Shown one piece after another: positions 1 through 4,144 of a DNA stretch of 8,796 bases. Under the pieces are notes generated by a model. That model had not been told where the DNA came from. It was given only the letters and a program-made list of their open reading frames with translations, and searched no databases. The DNA is taken from the IMG/VR virus record IMGVR_UViG_2693429555_000008; one strand, given 5' to 3'. Origin of the DNA: a virus. Its lineage: Duplodnaviria; Heunggongvirae; Uroviricota; Caudoviricetes. Each line of letters opens with the position of its first letter. Positions within the stretch are counted from its first letter, which is position 1. The position numbers and the translations under genes are program-made.

Positions 1-302
1 GCGTATGGTCAACCTGACAACCCGGTGTCCTCAACGGGGGAAGGAATAACCCCGCCATACTTACCGCCGCGCCATTTCGCGGATTGCCACAACCGGAAGC
101 GCACGGTCGACGAAAATTTAACGACAGGCTATCTATGAACCAGCTACCTCGCCGTGCGCTTTCGCGTTATGGTCTGACTTTTCAGGGAAATATCCTTTCA
201 GTAAACTGTCAATGCCGGATGCTCACCCGTGTCCGGCGCACGCATTCCACCTCACCCGTGGAGAACTCCTTAATTACTAACCTTAGCTTTGTTGATTAGC
301 TA

Positions 303-521
303 CTAACGCGGGTATGTAATCATTCTGGCAATGCTTAATGCCGCTGCTTTTTCCAGATTGGTGATATCCTGCTCCAGAGCGGACAGATTTTCAGCCTGCT
401 TAGCTCTGGCTTCATTGGCCCATTTCAGATCCTGCGCTGCATTAATTTTCTGGTGCATCCACTCATAAAGTTCATCATCGGTATAGTCTGGCGCGATGAT
501 GACGGGTTCTCGTTTCTGCAT
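303..521 (-). CDS. ydfC: Small prophage early-left protein, 72 aa (YdfC-like)
   Basis: ORF MQKREPVIIAPDYTDDELYEWMHQ...ARMITYPR; ATG at 521..519 with GAGGA Shine-Dalgarno about 5 nt upstream (532..528); last of three co-directional small genes downstream of the repressor. Size and order match ydfA(51)-ydfB(42)-ydfC(72) of the E. coli Qin dicB operon as I recall it; symbol assigned by synteny and size, not by search. Confidence 0.55.
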   Translation of the reverse strand: MQKREPVIIAPDYTDDELYEWMHQKINAAQDLKWANEARAKQAENLSALEQDITNLEKAAALSIARMITYPR

Positions 522-550
522 ACTGATTCCTCGCGGTGCTGTTTCGCTTA

Positions 551-679
551 TCAGCCGTTAGATTTTGCCGAACTGGAAAGCGCCTGTTTAAATTCGTTGA
601 AGCTGAGAGCTTCTTCGCCTTCGGCAAGACCTTCGAAGTATTCTTCGTAAGCCTTTTCCATGATTGTGTCGAAATCCAT
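551..679 (-). CDS. ydfB: Small prophage protein, 42 aa (YdfB/YdaG-like), acidic
   Basis: ORF MDFDTIMEKAYEEYFEGLAEGEEALSFNEFKQALSSSAKSNG, too short to appear in the supplied ORF track. ATG at 679..677 lies one nt after the TGA (683..681) of the upstream gene, with AGGTGA Shine-Dalgarno inside that gene, suggesting translational coupling. Confidence 0.5.
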   Translation of the reverse strand: MDFDTIMEKAYEEYFEGLAEGEEALSFNEFKQALSSSAKSNG

Positions 680-680
680 A

Positions 681-836
681 TCACTCACCTGAGTTTCTTT
701 CCAGCCAGCGACGGGCACCATTTTCGGTTTTAAACGTTTTGCTTTTGGTATACGTCATCGCGGTGAACGTACCGTCCTGGTTGGGAAACACGCCGTACAC
801 CAGAGATTCGTTGTTGCCAAGATCGATAGTATCCAT
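681..836 (-). CDS. ydfA: Small prophage protein, 51 aa (DUF1391-like, YdfA/YdaF-like)
   Basis: Internal Met of track ORF 681..917; MDTIDLGNNESLVYGVFPNQDGTFTAMTYTKSKTFKTENGARRWLERNSGE. GAGG Shine-Dalgarno 5-8 nt upstream of ATG 836..834; the upstream in-frame extension has no ribosome-binding site. First gene of the leftward early operon. Confidence 0.6.
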   Translation of the reverse strand: MDTIDLGNNESLVYGVFPNQDGTFTAMTYTKSKTFKTENGARRWLERNSGE

Positions 837-1020
837 GTTGACCTCATTTCCCCTTAACGCCGGGGTAGCGGAACAAAAACCTGCTGCATAGTTATTAAAG
901 TTGAACCCTGCCGTCATGTTCTTACGCCTCGGGCTGGCTACTTAACCCCTGACCACTGCCTGGTAACTCGAAGTATTGCCCTGCATTCTGTGGGGTGGGG
1001 TGGGTTGGTATGAAAGGAAG

Positions 1021-1060
1021 GATACCCATGGGTATCCAAAAAGTAAATACCCATGGGTAA
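1021..1060. promoter_or_regulatory. OL-like operator pair: two copies of the 12-bp palindrome TACCCATGGGTA (1023..1034 and 1048..1059), centres 25 bp apart
   Basis: Perfect palindromes read directly; the first extends to the 16-bp GATACCCATGGGTATC. They sit between the repressor 3' end and the leftward small-gene operon and overlap a candidate leftward promoter (-35 TTTACT / -10 TATCCT on the minus strand). A T6 run at 1061..1066 follows the second copy on the plus strand, with a U-rich stretch after it on the minus strand, so a terminator role for the repressor transcript is also possible. Confidence 0.45.
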
Positions 1061-1101
1061 TTTTTTGATGTGTCTTAACTGGTGACTGGTTGTTTGGTGA
1101 G

Positions 1102-1521
1102 TTATGATGCGTTTTGTGCTTTCTTTTTACGGATTTCTTCGTAGATCATATTGTAATACTGTTTTTTCTCTTCAAGAGTTTTTAATAAGTTATCCGCTTC
1201 ACTTTCTGGCAGTTCGTCTAAGAGATCTAAAAAAATACGTTGTCGTGGCGTTAGAACCCTTGTTTCATAATTGGAGGCTGTGTTCGTTGATGATGAAACG
1301 ATACCATCCATCCATCCCCGGGGTAACCCAAAGGACTCTTCTATAATCTCCACCATATCATCAGCGATCCGTTTTTTTCCTTTTTTCCCCTCTGGGTACA
1401 ACATTCTTGATACATAAGAAGGCTCGCGACCGATCTTTCTGGCCACGTTAACCGCTTTACCATCGCATTTCTCATCACGAATTTTGATGAGTTGTTGTCG
1501 TCTAAATTCATATTTGTCCAT
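1102..1521 (-). CDS. Prophage repressor, XRE-type HTH, DicA/RacR-like, no peptidase domain (139 aa from first ATG)
   Basis: Track ORF 1102..1563 begins at a TTG; the first ATG is at 1521..1519 (MDKYEFRRQQLIKIRDEKCDGKAVNVARKIGREPSYVSRMLY...). HTH segment GKAVNVARKIGREPSYVSRM. C-terminal LTPRQRIFLDLLDELPESEADNLL resembles the DicA C-terminus as I recall it. Divergent from a Cro-like gene. No Shine-Dalgarno before the ATG and a TATTAT -10 (1533..1528) 6 nt upstream suggest a leaderless transcript. Confidence 0.75.
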   Translation of the reverse strand: MDKYEFRRQQLIKIRDEKCDGKAVNVARKIGREPSYVSRMLYPEGKKGKKRIADDMVEIIEESFGLPRGWMDGIVSSSTNTASNYETRVLTPRQRIFLDLLDELPESEADNLLKTLEEKKQYYNMIYEEIRKKKAQNAS

Positions 1522-1556
1522 AGGTAAATAATAGATGCGATTACCGCAAGGTAAAC

Positions 1557-1596
1557 AACCCAAGGGTATTGACTTTTGTTTACCTGTGGGTATTCT
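1557..1596 (+). promoter_or_regulatory. OR-like region: rightward promoter (-35 TTGACT 1569..1574, -10 TATTCT 1591..1596) overlapped by two operator half-palindromes (AACCCAAGGGTA 1557..1568; TACCTGTGGGTA 1581..1592)
   Basis: Hexamers with a 16-bp spacer, AAGGAG Shine-Dalgarno at 1611..1616 and ATG at 1622. Both sites match the TACCCATGGGTA palindrome at 10 of 12 positions and are 24 bp apart centre to centre, mirroring the OL-like pair. Confidence 0.45.
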
Positions 1597-1621
1597 TTGC
1601 TGTGTTTACTAAGGAGTAGCT

Positions 1622-1903
1622 ATGGAAGAATTAAGAATATTTCTCAATTCTCTTTCGTCAGATGAACAGCGTATGTTTGCATGTGAGTGTGGTACTAGCA
1701 TCGGTTATCTAAGAAAGGCATTGAGTAAAGGTCAAATGTTAGGGGCATCGTTATGTGTCCTTATTGAGCGAGCCAGTAATGGTGAAGTTACACGTCAGCA
1801 ACTAAGGCCTTTTGATTGGATGAATATTTGGCCCGAGCTGGAAGATACCAAAACGTTAACACAACCACTTACTAGGAGCTTGATTCATGAAAATCAAGCA
1901 TGA
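1622..1903 (+). CDS. ydaS: Cro-like HTH regulator, YdaS family (93 aa)
   Basis: First rightward gene, divergent from the repressor, with a strong AAGGAG Shine-Dalgarno. The C-terminal segment LIERASNGEVTRQQLRPFDW matches the E-R-A-x-x-G-x-V-x-R-x-x-L-R-P-x-x-W signature I associate with YdaS/Cro-like phage regulators. Its 3' end overlaps the next gene by 17 nt. Confidence 0.65.
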   Translation: MEELRIFLNSLSSDEQRMFACECGTSIGYLRKALSKGQMLGASLCVLIERASNGEVTRQQLRPFDWMNIWPELEDTKTLTQPLTRSLIHENQA

Positions 1904-2312
1904 ACACATCCGCATGGCGATGAATGCCTGGGCGCGTCCTGATGGCGAAAAAGTTCCAGCAGCTGGAATAACCCAGGCTTATTTTGAGTTGGGTATGACG
2001 TTTCCTGAACTGTATGACGACAGCCATCCGGAAGCCCTGGCTCGCAATACCCAGAAAATTTTCCGCTGGGTAGAGAAAGACACCCCTGATGCAGTTGAAA
2101 AAATTCAGGCGTTGTTACCAGCGATCGAAAAGGCAATGCCACCTTTGCTGGTGGCCAGAATGCGCAGCCACAGTTCAGCTTATTTTCGGGAGTTGGTGGA
2201 GACGCGGGAGCGACTGGTGAGAGACGCTGATGATTTTGTCGCAGTGGCAATCGCCGGTTTCAATCAGATGAACCGTGGTGGCCCGGCAGGAAATGCTGTG
2301 GCAGTACATTGA
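1887..2312 (+). CDS. ydaT: YdaT-like protein (CII-position regulator/toxin family), 141 aa
   Basis: ORF MKIKHEHIRMAMNAWARPDGEK...; AGGAG Shine-Dalgarno at 1873..1877. It sits immediately after the Cro-like gene, as in the racR-ydaS-ydaT module of the Rac prophage; the N-terminus and length (~140 aa) fit my recollection of YdaT. Confidence 0.65.
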   Translation: MKIKHEHIRMAMNAWARPDGEKVPAAGITQAYFELGMTFPELYDDSHPEALARNTQKIFRWVEKDTPDAVEKIQALLPAIEKAMPPLLVARMRSHSSAYFRELVETRERLVRDADDFVAVAIAGFNQMNRGGPAGNAVAVH

Positions 2313-2383
2313 CTGACAATAGCCATATCGAATCGCTTCCGGCAATTCGTGAGTAAAAAGATTCGGTATCAGAAGAGGTGAGT

Positions 2384-2542
2384 ATGGCTAACGCCTGGCT
2401 CAGATTATGGCATGACATGCCAAATGACCCTAAGTGGCGAACAATTGCCAGGGTGTCAGGGCAGCCAATTGCAACAGTGATGGCAGTGTATATCCACGCT
2501 CCTGGTGAGCGCGTCACGAAATGTCACGCGAGGTCACATTGA
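2384..2542 (+). CDS. Replication initiator, N-terminal fragment (52 aa ORF ending inside iteron array 1)
   Basis: ATG 2384 with GAGGTG Shine-Dalgarno; MANAWLRLWHDMPNDPKWRTIARVSGQPIATVMAVYIHAPGERVTKCHARSH, stop TGA 2540..2542. The N-terminus resembles prophage replication proteins, and the gene sits where O would be in a lambda-like early-right operon. Confidence 0.5.
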   Translation: MANAWLRLWHDMPNDPKWRTIARVSGQPIATVMAVYIHAPGERVTKCHARSH

Positions 2543-3455
2543 TGTCACGACAGAAGATTTGGCAAGTGCGCTCGACGTGACAGAAGAGGTAATTGATTCA
2601 ATTTTGCAGACGATGCAGGGGCGGGTACTTGATGGTGATTTAATCACTGGATGGGAAAAACGCCAGGTGCTTAAAGAGGACAACGGCAATATTTCGCAAA
2701 CCGCAAAATCTCCGGCAGAGCGCAAGAGGGCGCAGCGTGAGAGGGAAAGAAAGCGGGAACAAAATGGCGATTGTCACGGCGCGTCACGAAATGTCACGCA
2801 CATGTCACGACGAGTCACGACAGATAAAGATACAGATAGAGATACAGATAAAGAAGATCAAAACACTATGGTCCATGGCGTAAAAAACGCCACGAACCAT
2901 GTAGGGGATGTTCAGACCGTCACTCCTGGCCAGCCCGCAGGCACGACACCGGAAGCCGATTCAGCGTATGCGCTGAAAGCCGATTCGGGCGCTGTGCAGC
3001 AGGCGATGACCGCTGGGCCGGAGCAATCACACCAACTGCAGCAGCCTGAAGCCGATTCCGCCATTCAGCGGGAAGCCGATCGGGTAGTCCCGGAAAACAC
3101 CGGGCAGCCTGTGGGACGAGTGGATTATCCGGATGTGTTCGAACAGGTCTGGCGGGAATACCCGTTACGAGCCGGGGCAAACCCGAAGAAATCCGCTTTC
3201 AGTGCCTGGAAGGCCAGATTACGCGAGGGGGTGCCACCAGAGGCCATGCTGGATGGTGTAAGGCGTTACACAAGATACCTGGCTGCTACCGGGAAAACGG
3301 GAACGGAATTTGTTCAGCGAGCGACGACGTTTTTTGGACCGGACCGGAATTTTGAAAACCCCTGGTTGCTCCCGGTAAGCGGCACGAACAACCAGCGTTG
3401 TGTTAATCATATTTCTGAACCGGACACCGAAATTCCGCCGGGATTCAGAGGGTAA
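2505..3455 (+). CDS. Replication initiator, main ORF in the +1 frame (316 codons; GTG at 2505, no Shine-Dalgarno of its own)
   Basis: Long ORF with no ATG or ribosome-binding site; its frame opens at 2481 and overlaps the N-terminal ORF over 2481..2542, so both are most simply one gene interrupted by a +1 frame change. It contains both iteron arrays and a low-complexity basic/acidic linker (KRAQRERERKREQ; TDKDTDRDTDKED). Confidence 0.6.
   Translation: MSASRNVTRGHIDVTTEDLASALDVTEEVIDSILQTMQGRVLDGDLITGWEKRQVLKEDNGNISQTAKSPAERKRAQRERERKREQNGDCHGASRNVTHMSRRVTTDKDTDRDTDKEDQNTMVHGVKNATNHVGDVQTVTPGQPAGTTPEADSAYALKADSGAVQQAMTAGPEQSHQLQQPEADSAIQREADRVVPENTGQPVGRVDYPDVFEQVWREYPLRAGANPKKSAFSAWKARLREGVPPEAMLDGVRRYTRYLAATGKTGTEFVQRATTFFGPDRNFENPWLLPVSGTNNQRCVNHISEPDTEIPPGFRG
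2509..2549. repeat. Iteron array 1: four GTCAC(G/A) motifs starting at 2513, 2523, 2533 and 2544 (10-11 bp phasing)
   Basis: Read directly. The 21-bp block GCGCGTCACGAAATGTCACGC (2509..2529) recurs at 2779..2799. Confidence 0.6.
2771..2855. repeat. Iteron array 2 (putative ori core): five GTCACG motifs at 2773, 2783, 2793, 2804 and 2814, followed by three 12-bp repeats ACAGATA(A/G)AGA(T/A) at 2820..2855
   Basis: Read directly; helical-turn phasing of short direct repeats next to an A-rich repeat block, inside the initiator gene, as for the lambda origin within O. Confidence 0.6.
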
Positions 3456-3492
3456 CAGATTTCAGGTCATGGGGTAATTTTCAGGAGGGCTT

Positions 3493-3768
3493 GTGGCAAA
3501 AGTTTTTACTCCCGAACTGCGGGAAGAAGTGAAGGCGCGCATTGTGGAACTGGTACGCAGAGATGGGCGAAAAACGCGTAAACAACTGGAAAATGAAACC
3601 GGGGCGACGAGACACCTGATAGAAGTTCTGGTGAAAGAGCTGGTAGTTAGTGGCGCAGTATATGGTTCAGGACATGGAATATTTCCTTCGGAGCAGGCTC
3701 GTAAGGACTGGGGAAAAGCCCGCAAAAAAAATGTCGAGAGCGGCAGTGAAAAAGAAGAGCGACCCTGA
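3493..3768 (+). CDS. Hypothetical small basic protein with winged-helix-like segment (91 aa)
   Basis: GTG 3493 preceded by a strong AGGAGG Shine-Dalgarno (3483..3488), 37 nt after the initiator stop. RKTRKQLENETGATRHLIEVLVKELVVSG looks HTH-like. An A8 run (3724..3731) lies near the 3' end where an overlapping +1 ORF continues to 3901. Confidence 0.5.
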   Translation: MAKVFTPELREEVKARIVELVRRDGRKTRKQLENETGATRHLIEVLVKELVVSGAVYGSGHGIFPSEQARKDWGKARKKNVESGSEKEERP

Positions 3769-4045
3769 CCTGATTTATTCATTGCTAGATGGCGAAATAC
3801 GCCGTTACAACAGACGACAGAATATAATTTGTCGCGAGTGTCGTCAGAGCGAAGTTATGCAGCGCATACTGGAATTTTATCAGGGAAATGTTCGGTATTA
3901 ATTGAAGTGACGAAATTAAAGAGCATTAGTTCAGATATTAATTGACACTTCGATGGCACAGGCCCAGACCTAGTCTGGTTGTCAGCTTTGAGCTAGGTGA
4001 ACGTTGGTATCGTTAGTTTGTATTAATCAACGGAGAATAGGCCAA

Positions 4046-4076
4046 ATGACTTTTCTTTGCCTCTTTTAATTATAAT
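4046..4076 (+). promoter_or_regulatory. Candidate promoter for the 932-aa gene (-10 TATAAT 4071..4076; weak -35 ATGACT 4046..4051, 19-bp spacer)
   Basis: Good -10 hexamer in a ~240-bp AT-rich intergenic region; the -35 is poor, so placement is tentative. AAGGA Shine-Dalgarno at 4132..4136 before ATG 4145. Confidence 0.25.
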
Positions 4077-4144
4077 TCAAGTTCAATTGATTACATTGAA
4101 GTACTAATGTGAGTCCGTCAAACAAATAGCTCAAGGAATAGGTC

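Noticed and set aside
84-299. 71-aa plus-strand ORF at the left end
   Set aside because: Starts at TTG with no ribosome-binding site, is antisense to the 3' region of the leftward operon, and has a low-complexity Arg/Ser/Thr-rich translation; likely spurious.
1-302. Direct identification of DicF sRNA
   Set aside because: Synteny predicts it here, but the sequence does not match the DicF sequence or its GC-rich terminator hairpin as I recall them, so I do not annotate it as a feature.
453-891. Plus-strand and alternative-frame ORFs overlapping the three small leftward genes (453..650, 475..684, 536..733, 664..891)
   Set aside because: They overlap better-supported, Shine-Dalgarno-led, translationally coupled minus-strand genes and lack ribosome-binding sites of their own.
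837-917. N-terminal extension of track ORF 681..917 (MTAGFNFNNYAAGF...)
   Set aside because: No ribosome-binding site at 917, whereas the internal ATG at 836 has a GAGG Shine-Dalgarno and gives the 51-aa product expected for this family.
991-1008. G-rich tract TGGGGTGGGGTGGGTTGG (possible G-quadruplex)
   Set aside because: Only three runs of three or more Gs; the fourth run is GG, so it does not meet a canonical G4 definition. Probably just part of the leftward operon leader.
1104-1346. 80-aa plus-strand ORF inside the repressor gene
   Set aside because: Antisense to a well-supported HTH repressor CDS, with no ribosome-binding site.
1894-2517. Minus-strand ORFs 1894..2250 and 2260..2517
   Set aside because: Antisense to the ydaT-like gene and the initiator 5' region; Cys/Pro-rich low-complexity translations with no start context.
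2509-2855. Short direct repeats considered as a possible CRISPR array
   Set aside because: The repeat unit is only 6-10 bp with 10-11 bp phasing, lies inside a coding sequence, and has no spacers of CRISPR length; it is far better explained as origin iterons.
2534-3782. Minus-strand ORFs 2534..2725, 2920..3180, 3219..3410 and 3462..3782
   Set aside because: All are antisense to the initiator or the small winged-helix-like ORF, with low-complexity Ser/Pro/Arg-rich translations typical of antisense frames.
3650-3901. 83-aa ORF as an independent gene
   Set aside because: Its ATG lies inside the Shine-Dalgarno-led 3493..3768 ORF in another frame with no ribosome-binding site. Kept only as the +1 frame in the A8-tract frameshift hypothesis.
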